Assembly (NCBI GenBank): GCA_041494705.1
Contig: JBGQBI010000002.1
Span: 210,001 to 242,000, forward strand
Reading direction: 5' to 3'
Length of the DNA: 32,000 nt
Source of the DNA: Candidatus Methanoperedens sp.
GTDB taxonomy: Archaea > Halobacteriota > Methanosarcinia > Methanosarcinales > Methanoperedenaceae
The position numbers and the translations under genes are program-made. The notes under the pieces are model-generated. The model saw only the letters and a program-made list of their open reading frames with translations. It had not been told where the DNA came from and did no database searches. Shown in pieces: positions 17,721-26,268 of the stretch; the first letter of the stretch is position 1, and each line of letters opens with the position of its first letter.

Positions 17721-18890
17721 ATGGTAGAAACCGGCATCCCCAGGCTTGACGAAATCCTTGGCGGCGGTATACCGAAAGGCAAAAGTCTTGTTTATTATAG
17801 CCAGCCAGGTGTGGAAGGCGAAGTTTTCGGGATGCAGACTGTTTATAATACCCTGAAATCCGGTGGGAACTGCGTTTTTGTAGTTTCAAGCACCATTCCT
17901 GACATCATGAGGGGACTTTTCAAGGAATATGGCTGGGACATTGATGAGTACAGGGACAGGTTATGTCTGGTAGATGCGTATAATCCGCTGATTGGCGCTC
18001 CTTCAGACGAAAAATACATAGTCACCAATCCTGATAGCATCGAGAGTTTCAATAAAATAATCATAGACTTAATAAAAGAATTGCCTCCAAGCACCATAGT
18101 ATTCGGGTCACTGTCAACAATCATGGATTTATGCGGCGAGAAGGAAACTATAGAAGCTGTCAGGAACTGGAATAAAATGGCTATGGTCTATGACCATGTT
18201 ATTGTTTATAATTTTACGGTATGGCCATATTCAAATCAAACTTTGCATTTAATAAAAGAAGAATTATTCAATGCCGTTATTTCAATCGGGAGCATAGCCG
18301 AGCGTGTCATTTTTGGCCAGTATTTCGGGATACTCAAATCAGACTGGGCAAAAGAAACCAAAACATCCATGCTTTTCAGGGTATTGCGACCCGGGGGAAT
18401 AAAGTTATTCATACCGAAGATTCTCGTAACCGGGCCTTTTGATGCCGGAAAGTCGACGTTCGTGCATGCGCTTTCAACGCGGGCGATATCTGTTGACAGG
18501 CTCGGGACAACAATTGCCCTCGACCATGGCCACGTCGATTATAAGGGTTTTAGCGCTGATATTTTCGGAACGCCAGGCCAGGAACGGTTTGACCCCATTA
18601 TCAAGCTATTGAGCGGTGAATCGATGGGTGTCTTCCTCGTAGTGGATTCTACAAATCCTGCGGATTTTGTTCGCGCAAAATACATGCTTGAGATTACAAC
18701 ATCTTACGGGCTGCCATATGTTATTGTTGCAAACAAACAGGATATGCCGGGCGCACTCACACCTGAAGAAATAAGGGGGCAATTTAACCTGCCCGACGAT
18801 GTTCCTGTTGTTCCCGCTGTTGCGAAGGATAAGGTCGGTGTGTTTGAGGCATTTGAAGTGCTGATAAATAATATTACCGGGGGAAAATAA
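17721..18890 (+). CDS. Fusion protein: degenerate KaiC/RecA-like domain (about aa 1-230) plus MglA-like small GTPase domain (about aa 233-389)
   Basis: N-terminal GIPRLDEILGGGIPKGKSLVYYSQPGVEGEV has no P-loop Lys, and the Walker B position reads TIVFGSLS. C-terminal domain: G1 GPFDAGKS, G2 LGTT, G3 FGTPGQ, G4 NKQD, G5-like VAK. Confidence 0.8.
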   Translation: MVETGIPRLDEILGGGIPKGKSLVYYSQPGVEGEVFGMQTVYNTLKSGGNCVFVVSSTIPDIMRGLFKEYGWDIDEYRDRLCLVDAYNPLIGAPSDEKYIVTNPDSIESFNKIIIDLIKELPPSTIVFGSLSTIMDLCGEKETIEAVRNWNKMAMVYDHVIVYNFTVWPYSNQTLHLIKEELFNAVISIGSIAERVIFGQYFGILKSDWAKETKTSMLFRVLRPGGIKLFIPKILVTGPFDAGKSTFVHALSTRAISVDRLGTTIALDHGHVDYKGFSADIFGTPGQERFDPIIKLLSGESMGVFLVVDSTNPADFVRAKYMLEITTSYGLPYVIVANKQDMPGALTPEEIRGQFNLPDDVPVVPAVAKDKVGVFEAFEVLINNITGGK

Positions 18891-19258
18891 TGGTTGATAC
18901 CATTGATATGGTGGATAAATTACTGGCCGATTTAAAGAACATCGGAGGAGTGGAAGCCAGTATTGCTGCAAGCCGTGACGGGTTGCTTATACGCGCCAAT
19001 ATGCCAAAAGAAAAATTTTTGGCATCTCTTGCCGCCATGTCTGCCACCATGCTCGGAGCTGCCGAGACTGCGACTACACAAGTGGAAAAGGGCTTACCCA
19101 CTAGGGTTATTGTGGAATCTGAATATGGGAGATTGATAATTGTCGGCGCAGGACCCAAAGCGCTTTTGATTATTCTTGCAAATTCGAATTCTTCATTGGG
19201 TTTAATCCTGATCGAACTTGATAAATCAGCCAAAATGCTGAAAGAGTTATTAAAATGA
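18890..19258 (+). CDS. Roadblock/LC7 (MglB-like) domain protein
   Basis: GVEASIAASRDGLLI...SLAAMSATMLGAAE...VIVESEYGRLIIV pattern. The ATG overlaps the upstream TAA (TAATG). Confidence 0.85.
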   Translation: MVDTIDMVDKLLADLKNIGGVEASIAASRDGLLIRANMPKEKFLASLAAMSATMLGAAETATTQVEKGLPTRVIVESEYGRLIIVGAGPKALLIILANSNSSLGLILIELDKSAKMLKELLK

Positions 19259-19509
19259 ATAAACAAAAAAATAAGGCAGAAGCAACGCTTCTTGAACCCA
19301 CGCTCCATGTCGGCAAATCCGGTATAGAGCCCGTGGTCGGGGAGCTTCGAACCCAGTTAAAAAACAGGACTATGGTAAAAGTAAAATTCCTCAAGACCGC
19401 TTTTATCGAAACCGGAAAAAAAGAAATATCAGAAAAACTCGCAGAACTTACAGATTCGGAACTTATTGAAATCAGGGGTAATACAGCAGTTTTTCGCCGA
19501 AAAAGGTAA
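19255..19509 (+). CDS. CRM-domain (YhbY/CRS1 family) RNA-binding protein
   Basis: LEPTLHVGKSGIEPVVGELRTQLKNRTMVKVKFL matches the YhbY GxxG/KVK pattern. ATGA overlap with the Roadblock gene. Confidence 0.8.
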   Translation: MNKQKNKAEATLLEPTLHVGKSGIEPVVGELRTQLKNRTMVKVKFLKTAFIETGKKEISEKLAELTDSELIEIRGNTAVFRRKR

Positions 19510-19625
19510 ATACTATCCGACAAATAAGACCCTTGAAAGATTCCCGAATACCCCATGTTAATCCTGGGGATATTATGGGATTGCCTCTTCATTACGTATT
19601 AAGATAATTTTACGGAGGATCAACA

Positions 19626-20075
19626 TTGACAACAGTATATGACGTGCCCGCAGAAATGCTCATAAATAATGTGGCACAGAAATTGAAAACTGATGAGAAA
19701 GCAAAGCCCCCTGAGTGGGCAAGTTATGCAAAGACCGGTGCTCATAAAGAGCTTTCGCCTGATAATGCCGACTGGTGGTTTGTGAGATGCGCTTCGATAT
19801 TGAGACGCGTCTATATAGACGGGCCTGTCGGGATTTCACGCCTTAGGAGTTTCTATGGCGGGCGGCACAGGAATGGAGTAAGACCCACACACTTTTCAAA
19901 GGGAAGCGGCTCCATTGCAAGAGAAGCGCTGCAGCAGCTTGAGAAAGCCGGATTTGTTAAAGCCCAGAAAACCGGCAGGATGATTTCACCGCATGGACAG
20001 TCGTTTTTGGATAATGCGGCAAACGAAGTAAAAATCGAACTCATCAAATCCAATCCTGCACTTGCTAAATATTAG
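19626..20075 (+). CDS. rps19e: Ribosomal protein S19e
   Basis: VYDVPAEMLINNVAQKLK...PPEWASYAKTGAHKELSP...WWFVRCASILRRVY. TTG start, preceded by GGAGGA (19614-19619). Confidence 0.93.
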   Translation: MTTVYDVPAEMLINNVAQKLKTDEKAKPPEWASYAKTGAHKELSPDNADWWFVRCASILRRVYIDGPVGISRLRSFYGGRHRNGVRPTHFSKGSGSIAREALQQLEKAGFVKAQKTGRMISPHGQSFLDNAANEVKIELIKSNPALAKY

Positions 20076-20124
20076 ATTGACGAGGACTCCCGGAATTCCC
20101 TGAATTAGACTCCTTAATATCAGT

Positions 20125-20144
20125 CCCCTGAATTAATTCAGGGG
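20125..20144. promoter_or_regulatory. Perfect 20-bp palindrome abutting a TATA-like box upstream of the PDCD5-like gene
   Basis: CCCCTGAATTAATTCAGGGG (20125-20144) is followed directly by TATAAA (20145-20150). An extra half-site CCCTGAATTA lies at 20098-20107. Confidence 0.4.
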
Positions 20145-20175
20145 TATAAAGAGACTAAAAGGGGAACAGGGATTG

Positions 20176-20520
20176 ATGAATATGGACGAAGATCTCGAAG
20201 AGATAAAAAGGCGCAAGCTTGAGCAGTTACAGCAGCAGCAATACAGCGCCCAGGGGCAGGCAGCCCAGCAGGAACAGGCCCGCGCCGAGTATGAATCAAA
20301 GAAGGCGGCAATCATGCGCCAGATACTCACGCCTGAAGCAAGGGAGAGGCTAAATACCCTCAAGATGACAAAACCCGAGCTTGTGGCGAGTGTTGAGGCG
20401 CAGTTGGTTACTCTTGCGCAGAGTGGAAGGCTTGCCACAAAGATAGACGATGCAAAGCTAAAGGCATTGCTGCTCCAGTTGCAGCCCAAGAAGCATGAGA
20501 TGCAGATTAGAAGGATGTAA
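20176..20520 (+). CDS. PDCD5/TFAR19-like double-stranded DNA-binding protein
   Basis: [37 protein letters not shown] is the conserved core. It is the usual archaeal neighbour of rps19e. The start could be 20173 (TTG), 20176 or 20182. Confidence 0.85.
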   Translation: MNMDEDLEEIKRRKLEQLQQQQYSAQGQAAQQEQARAEYESKKAAIMRQILTPEARERLNTLKMTKPELVASVEAQLVTLAQSGRLATKIDDAKLKALLLQLQPKKHEMQIRRM

Positions 20521-21724
20521 ATAATTCTAACCCGAGTATCGAGTCAAATATCCTGAATGTATCAATTATCTCCGCAGAAGCTTTTTTATCTGGATTTATA
20601 CTCTTAACCTCACCTGTAAACTCTTCCAGCACCTTTAACGCCTTCCCTGTATTCAGGTTATCATCCATCGCCCTCTCAAATTTTTTCCTGGCTTTCTTTA
20701 CAATTTTTTCCGTGTCGTCAGTGCCGTTTGCTTTTTTCATTATTTCAATTATATCGCAGATTTTTTCAATTTTTTTTGCTGCTTCCCGAAGCCCCGGAAA
20801 TGTGAAATTAAGCCTTCTCCTGTAACTTGCCGTGAGTAAAAGGTACTTTATCGCCATTGGTTCATACCCCATCCCGATAAGGTCGCGCAGGGTATAGAAA
20901 TTACCCGCAGATTTTGACATCTTCCTGCCATCAATCATTAGATGCCTGCAATGGAGCCAGTATTTTGACGGGTTTTTACCGAACGCCCCGAAATTCTGGG
21001 CTATCACGTTCTCATGATGCGGGAAAATATTATCCACGCCGCCTATATGTATGTCAAATCGCGTGCCAAGATGCTTTGAACACATGGCTGAGCACTCGAT
21101 ATGCCAGCCGGGGCGACCTTTTCCAAGCTCGGTTTCCCAGAACACATCGCCGTCCTCTTTCTCGTATGATTTCCACAGCGCAAAATCCGAAACAATAGAG
21201 GTATCTTCCCCCCATTCGTCGCGTTTTATTTTCTTTTTCCCCATCCGAAGCTTAAGATGCGAGAGCTTCCCATAATCCCGGAACTTTGATACGTCATAAT
21301 AAATCGAGCCGTCTTTCCCCCGATAGGCAAAACCCCTTTCCATCATTTTATTTATTATGTCAATTATCTCAGGCACATGTTCTGTTGCCCTCGGGAAAAC
21401 ATCCGCGTCAAGGAGAGTGAGTGTTTTCATATCCTCAAAAAACACCTTTGAATAATATCCGGTCAATTCCCGAAGCGTCTTTCCTTCTTTTCTTGCTGTT
21501 TCGATGGCTTTATCCTCCAAATCCGTGAGGTTCATCACCCGTTTTACTTTATAACCCCTGAAACGCAGATATCTCACGAGCACATCTTCGAATATAAAAG
21601 TCCTGAAATTCCCGATATGCGCATACTGGTAAACCGAGGGACCGCAGGTGTATATCCCCACAACTTCGGAAAGAGGCTCAAATTTTTCTTTTTCCCGCGT
21701 GAGCGTATTAAAAAGCTTTAGCAT
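20507..21724 (-). CDS. cysS: Cysteinyl-tRNA synthetase (short, 405 aa)
   Basis: CGPSVY..HIGN (HIGH), [25 protein letters not shown] at aa 268-272. Its ATG lies 1 nt after the ABC permease stop. Confidence 0.9.
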   Translation of the reverse strand: MLKLFNTLTREKEKFEPLSEVVGIYTCGPSVYQYAHIGNFRTFIFEDVLVRYLRFRGYKVKRVMNLTDLEDKAIETARKEGKTLRELTGYYSKVFFEDMKTLTLLDADVFPRATEHVPEIIDIINKMMERGFAYRGKDGSIYYDVSKFRDYGKLSHLKLRMGKKKIKRDEWGEDTSIVSDFALWKSYEKEDGDVFWETELGKGRPGWHIECSAMCSKHLGTRFDIHIGGVDNIFPHHENVIAQNFGAFGKNPSKYWLHCRHLMIDGRKMSKSAGNFYTLRDLIGMGYEPMAIKYLLLTASYRRRLNFTFPGLREAAKKIEKICDIIEIMKKANGTDDTEKIVKKARKKFERAMDDNLNTGKALKVLEEFTGEVKSINPDKKASAEIIDTFRIFDSILGLELFTSF

Positions 21725-21725
21725 A

Positions 21726-22484
21726 TCACATTCTCCTGAAACTCAGGACACCGGCTCCCATCGCTAAAAGAGCAAAAAGAAGCATTATTGCGACGTCATA
21801 ATAAATCGGGAAATGGTTTATGCCAAGAATAATGCCCCGCATCGCATCCACACCATAGGTCAACGGGTTAACATAAGTGGCCCTCTCAAGCCATGAAGGG
21901 AGGTTGCCGACCGGGAAAAGTGCGCCGCTAAAGAAGAACATTGGCCACATTACAAAATTTATCACGAGACTGAAACCTTCGGGGCTGTTGAGATTGGCGC
22001 CAATCACAAGCCCGATGCTCACCATGGCAATGGATATCAAAAGGAGCATTAAAAACGCCTGAATGAGAACCAGCGGCGTTAGAGGAACCCCGATAAATAA
22101 ACCGATTATCAGAAGGAATATGCCCTGAACCATCGCATCCGTTGCCCCTCCGAGCACTTTTCCTGCAAATACGCTCGCTCTTGATACGGGCGCGACAAGA
22201 ACTTCTTTTAAGAAATCAAGTTTCCTGTCCCATATAATATATACGCCGTAGAAAAGGGATGTGAAAAGGATTGCCATCACCGCTATCCCCGGATAAATGA
22301 AAACCTGGTAAGAAAAGCCGCTAATATCATTGACAGCCGAGCCAACTCCTGCCCCAAAAGCAAATATCCAGAGAAGCGGCGAGATTACAGAGGAAATGAG
22401 GCGTTCCTTCTCCCGAACATATATTTTAGCCTCGCGCAGCCACACTGCATAAATGCCTTCAATCTCGCTGAAAAAATTGCTCAT
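21726..22484 (-). CDS. ABC-2 type transporter permease
   Basis: About 6 TM helices in an ABC-2 family layout. 4-nt overlap with the upstream ATPase gene. Confidence 0.85.
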   Translation of the reverse strand: MSNFFSEIEGIYAVWLREAKIYVREKERLISSVISPLLWIFAFGAGVGSAVNDISGFSYQVFIYPGIAVMAILFTSLFYGVYIIWDRKLDFLKEVLVAPVSRASVFAGKVLGGATDAMVQGIFLLIIGLFIGVPLTPLVLIQAFLMLLLISIAMVSIGLVIGANLNSPEGFSLVINFVMWPMFFFSGALFPVGNLPSWLERATYVNPLTYGVDAMRGIILGINHFPIYYDVAIMLLFALLAMGAGVLSFRRM

Positions 22485-23434
22485 CTTTTCATCATCCTTT
22501 CCCAGAAACCGCCTTCAGCTTCGGATTCCCGTATCTCCCTTCCTGTATAATAGAGGAATACATCATTAAGCGTCCCGCTTCTCACTTCCACAAAATCTAT
22601 TGGACCCGTATGGGTAAGAAGGTCCTGAAGATGTTTGCTTGCGTCTTTAATCGAAAGGTAGAGCAAACCGTCTTTTTCCTGCACACTCTTCACGTAATCA
22701 AGCTTTTTTATTGTTTCTATATCGCGAACCTTTTGTTTAATTTTGACCACATCACCCGCTATCTTATTCTTAAGCGTCTCAGGCGAATCAAGAGCAACTA
22801 TTTTCCCATAATCGATTATTGCAACCCTGTCGCATAATTGTTCCGCCTCTTCCATATAATGCGTGGTGAGCATGACGGTCATGCACTCTTTTTCAGCAAG
22901 GTCAACGATATATTCCCAGATATGTTCCCTTGTCTGGGGGTCAAGGCCAAGCGTAGGCTCATCCAAAAAGAGGATTTTGGGATGGTGCATTATCCCGCGC
23001 GCCAGTTCAAGGCGTCGCCGCATCCCGCCTGAATAAGTATTAACAAGGTCGTCAGCCCTCTTTTCCAGGTTCACAATCGAGAGGACTTCATCTATACGCT
23101 GTTTCCTGATGCTTCTTGGAACACCGAACAGGAGATTGTGCATGGCAAGATTCTCGCGTCCTGTAAGCAGGTCGTCCACGCTTGGCGCTTGGAATACTAT
23201 TCCAATGGATTTCCTGACCTTCCCTGATTCCTTTACGATATCAAAGCCATTTACCCATGCCCTTCCCGAAGTGGGTTTCAAAATGGTGCAGAGCATTGAA
23301 ATAAGCGTCGTCTTGCCCGCGCCGTTAGGGCCGAGGAGACCGAAAATCTCACCTTCTTCAACTTCAAGGTTTAAGCCTTCAACGGCTGTTATTTTTCCGT
23401 ACTTTTTAGTAAGACCCTCGGTTTTGATGACCAT
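22481..23434 (-). CDS. ABC transporter ATP-binding protein (DrrA/ABC-2 exporter type)
   Basis: Walker A GPNGAGKTT, signature SGGMRRR, Walker B ILFLDEPT, H-loop TTHYM, and a C-terminal accessory domain. Confidence 0.92.
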   Translation of the reverse strand: MVIKTEGLTKKYGKITAVEGLNLEVEEGEIFGLLGPNGAGKTTLISMLCTILKPTSGRAWVNGFDIVKESGKVRKSIGIVFQAPSVDDLLTGRENLAMHNLLFGVPRSIRKQRIDEVLSIVNLEKRADDLVNTYSGGMRRRLELARGIMHHPKILFLDEPTLGLDPQTREHIWEYIVDLAEKECMTVMLTTHYMEEAEQLCDRVAIIDYGKIVALDSPETLKNKIAGDVVKIKQKVRDIETIKKLDYVKSVQEKDGLLYLSIKDASKHLQDLLTHTGPIDFVEVRSGTLNDVFLYYTGREIRESEAEGGFWERMMKR

Positions 23435-23474
23435 GATATCAAATATGAATGTGAAGGATAAAAATCTGATGGAA

Positions 23475-23834
23475 TCAATTTACCTGAACTACATCCTTTG
23501 CGCTCTCAACCACAATTTCACTTTTATTGTTAAATTCTGAAACCTTACCGGTAATCCTTACCATGTCCCCGGTTTTTACCGCATTATACACTTCTTTAGC
23601 ACCATTATCTTTTTTTATAAAAACATTGAGATTTGAGAGCTTAAGAATTAGATTATCACCAGTTTTGGTCATCTGTTTGGAAAGTACAGTTCCTTCCACA
23701 TACACGCGTTCGCCAATCTTTGAATCCGATGAATACGCGTTTGTTTGCGGGGCAAAACCGAAATATGCGATAATAAGTGAAAGTACTGCCACCACCAGCA
23801 GTACCACAACGATTTTTTCCTCTTTCTGCATCAT
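23475..23834 (-). CDS. Membrane-anchored OB-fold protein
   Basis: N-terminal TM VVVLLVVAVLSLIIAYF, then a beta-rich segment (VYVEGTVLS...ILKLSN...VRITGKVSEF) resembling a tRNA_anti-type OB fold. The start abuts the FKBP stop. Confidence 0.5.
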   Translation of the reverse strand: MMQKEEKIVVVLLVVAVLSLIIAYFGFAPQTNAYSSDSKIGERVYVEGTVLSKQMTKTGDNLILKLSNLNVFIKKDNGAKEVYNAVKTGDMVRITGKVSEFNNKSEIVVESAKDVVQVN

Positions 23835-24704
23835 CTATTTATTAATAGACACTAGAGTGACATTGAAGACCAATGTCTTGCCCGCAAGTTCCGGGTTCTT
23901 GTCCAGTATTATGGATGTCTCATTAAAACTGAGCTTCATCGGAATCATTTGACCGAGCATGTTCTGGATTGGGATCATAGTATCAGGAATGGCATTATGT
24001 CTCAGTGTGATATTAACATTATTCAAACCAATCACGGTAGTGTTCCATGGGGCACCTTGTAGCTGGACAATTTCGTTTTTGCTAACATTAGCTTTTATTG
24101 TAATGTTTTTTTCATCAATTTTTACTACAGTCTCATTCCATGGCACCCATGACTCCCAAATCTCTCCGCCTACTTTAAGATTATAGGATAATGACACCTT
24201 GGAAGTAATATTCAGGATTGTCACATTAATATTCGTATCAGGTATTTTTACGATTTCACCGATACTGTGGTTTGGACCTAATGTTCCCTCAAACTGGTTA
24301 AGCGGAACATCAAAAACCTTTGGTATTTCTCTTGTTGCAGAGACATTTTCTATTCTTGGCATTGCCTGGATTAGCATAGGATTAATTAAACCGTAACCCT
24401 TTTCAGGCGGAATCGTTATTATTTTAGAATCCCCTACCTTCATTCCCAGCACGCCTTCATCAAATCCCCGGATAACTTTCTTAGTCCCGACAACGAATTG
24501 AAGTGGAATATAATTTTTTTCTGGATTGAACAAATTATTTTCTTTTGCCACTGTCTCAATATTGGTATCAAACACCTTCCCATCCGGGAGGCGTCCGATA
24601 TAATTAACAGAAATATTGTCCCCGTTTTTAACTGCTGCTTTCTGACCAACGCAGCCACTGAGTAATATCAGGGCTGCAAGTAAAAGAATTACGAATTTTT
24701 TCAT
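23835..24704 (-). CDS. FKBP-type peptidyl-prolyl cis-trans isomerase, lipoprotein-like, with a long C-terminal extension
   Basis: Signal/lipobox LLAALILLSGC. FKBP core VNYIGRLPDGKVFDT...VVGTKKVIRGFDEGVLGMKVGDSKIITIPPEKGYG. The C-terminal ~170 aa are sequon-rich. Confidence 0.8.
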   Translation of the reverse strand: MKKFVILLLAALILLSGCVGQKAAVKNGDNISVNYIGRLPDGKVFDTNIETVAKENNLFNPEKNYIPLQFVVGTKKVIRGFDEGVLGMKVGDSKIITIPPEKGYGLINPMLIQAMPRIENVSATREIPKVFDVPLNQFEGTLGPNHSIGEIVKIPDTNINVTILNITSKVSLSYNLKVGGEIWESWVPWNETVVKIDEKNITIKANVSKNEIVQLQGAPWNTTVIGLNNVNITLRHNAIPDTMIPIQNMLGQMIPMKLSFNETSIILDKNPELAGKTLVFNVTLVSINK

Positions 24705-24819
24705 ATTATCACGCTACCGCTCAAAGAGCGATGATAATGTATAAGTAATTTGTGATATGTGAACCGCAATTCTGTCATATAGAAAGATATTTTAGATAGT
24801 CCCTTCATCAAAGCCATCT

Positions 24820-25854
24820 ATGCAAATTCAGGATTTCATACTGCCACTAATCATCCTAACCTCAGGTTTTGTCATCGCCAATATCCTTAATTTTGTGCTC
24901 GAAACACTCAGGAAAAAAGCCGAAACGACAGAAACGAAATTAGATGACATTATAATACATGCCCTCGGGAGACCCCTGTATATCCTGGTTATTGTAATAG
25001 GCATTTATTATGCGATCCATCAAACGCCGTATTTAGGGGATATGATAAATCGTTTTGATGAAGGATACAGGTACAGGCACTTTATTCTTACTATTTTCGG
25101 GACGTGGATAGTCGCTTCCCTTGTAAAAAATATAATCAGGGAGTATGGTTATGAATTAGCCGCCCGGACTGAAGGTCATCTGGATGACAGGCTTGTAGCC
25201 CTTGCCGATATGTCGGCAACGTACGTAATCTGGCTGATAGGCATCATGATTGCCCTTGGCGCTGTTGGCATCGAGATAACGCCTCTGATAACAGGTATGG
25301 GCATCGCAGGTCTTGCAATCGCCCTGGCAGCCCAGAACCTGCTTTCAAACGTGTTCGGGGGAGTGACAATCACCCTTGACCAGCTCTATAAGGTCGGAGA
25401 CAGGATTGAACTCAGCGGGGTTTATGGCGATGTCTATGAGATTAAACCCAGGTATACGAGGATAAGAACGCTGGATAATATGATTATCACCATCCCTAAT
25501 TCCAGGGTGATTAATGAGAAGATAATCAATTACGCTGACCCGGATACAACCGTGAGGGTGAAAATACCGATAAGCGTTGCTTACGGGACAGACCCGAAAA
25601 AAGTGGATGAACTGCTGCTTGATATAGCAGCGAAAACACCCCATGTCATGAAAAACCCAAGACCATCTGTCCGCTTTACTGAATATGCAACTTCCTCACA
25701 GAATTTTGAACTTCTTGTCTGGATAAGGCATTATGATGACAGGCATCCTGTGCTTGATTCGATTTTCAGGGAGATGTTTGCCCGATTCAAGAAAGAAGGA
25801 ATAGAGATGCCCTTTAACCAGATGGATGTCCATATAAAGAAAGATCAAAAATGA
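24820..25854 (+). CDS. Small-conductance mechanosensitive channel (MscS family)
   Basis: GIAGLAIALAAQNLLSNVFGGVTITLDQLYKVGDRIEL...IRTLDNMIITIPNS. Confidence 0.9.
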   Translation: MQIQDFILPLIILTSGFVIANILNFVLETLRKKAETTETKLDDIIIHALGRPLYILVIVIGIYYAIHQTPYLGDMINRFDEGYRYRHFILTIFGTWIVASLVKNIIREYGYELAARTEGHLDDRLVALADMSATYVIWLIGIMIALGAVGIEITPLITGMGIAGLAIALAAQNLLSNVFGGVTITLDQLYKVGDRIELSGVYGDVYEIKPRYTRIRTLDNMIITIPNSRVINEKIINYADPDTTVRVKIPISVAYGTDPKKVDELLLDIAAKTPHVMKNPRPSVRFTEYATSSQNFELLVWIRHYDDRHPVLDSIFREMFARFKKEGIEMPFNQMDVHIKKDQK

Positions 25855-26267
25855 ACATTGACAAAAAATCAATCATCTCATCTGCATGCGGTTTCGTCCT
25901 CGCGATGGGGCTGGTTGTTATTCTGGTTATTACGACGATGCCATTGGTGTCTCATTTTTCTTTGGGGATTCAAAGGAGCTACTCGCTTTTTATTTTCTTT
26001 TTTTCTTTATTGGTAGTAGTCCCTCTTGTTTCACGGAGATTGAACCGTCTTCCCGATATTAAAAAAATACTGGGCTGGACGTTCATAGGGCTCGGGGCGG
26101 AATTTTTCATTTTTCCTGTTACAATCCTATTTCTTGTTTTGAGCTCCCGCTCGATTGGTTTTTTGCTTCTTGGAGGAATGACCTTCGCGCTTTCGGTTGT
26201 TTTTGGCATACCTGCAAGTTTGATAAGCTTTATTATGGGAATTTCGCTTGTTAAAAGCAAGAGATAA
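25851..26267 (+). CDS. Hypothetical integral membrane protein (about 4 TM)
   Basis: ATGA overlap with the MscS stop. Four hydrophobic helices. No recognisable family. Confidence 0.5.
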   Translation: MNIDKKSIISSACGFVLAMGLVVILVITTMPLVSHFSLGIQRSYSLFIFFFSLLVVVPLVSRRLNRLPDIKKILGWTFIGLGAEFFIFPVTILFLVLSSRSIGFLLLGGMTFALSVVFGIPASLISFIMGISLVKSKR

Positions 26268-26268
26268 T

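Noticed and set aside
19510-19625. A short hairpin, CCCCA-N9-TGGGG, in the CRM/rps19e spacer, considered as a terminator or regulatory element.
   Set aside because: The stem is only 5 bp, no T-tract follows it, and such stems are expected by chance in 116 nt.
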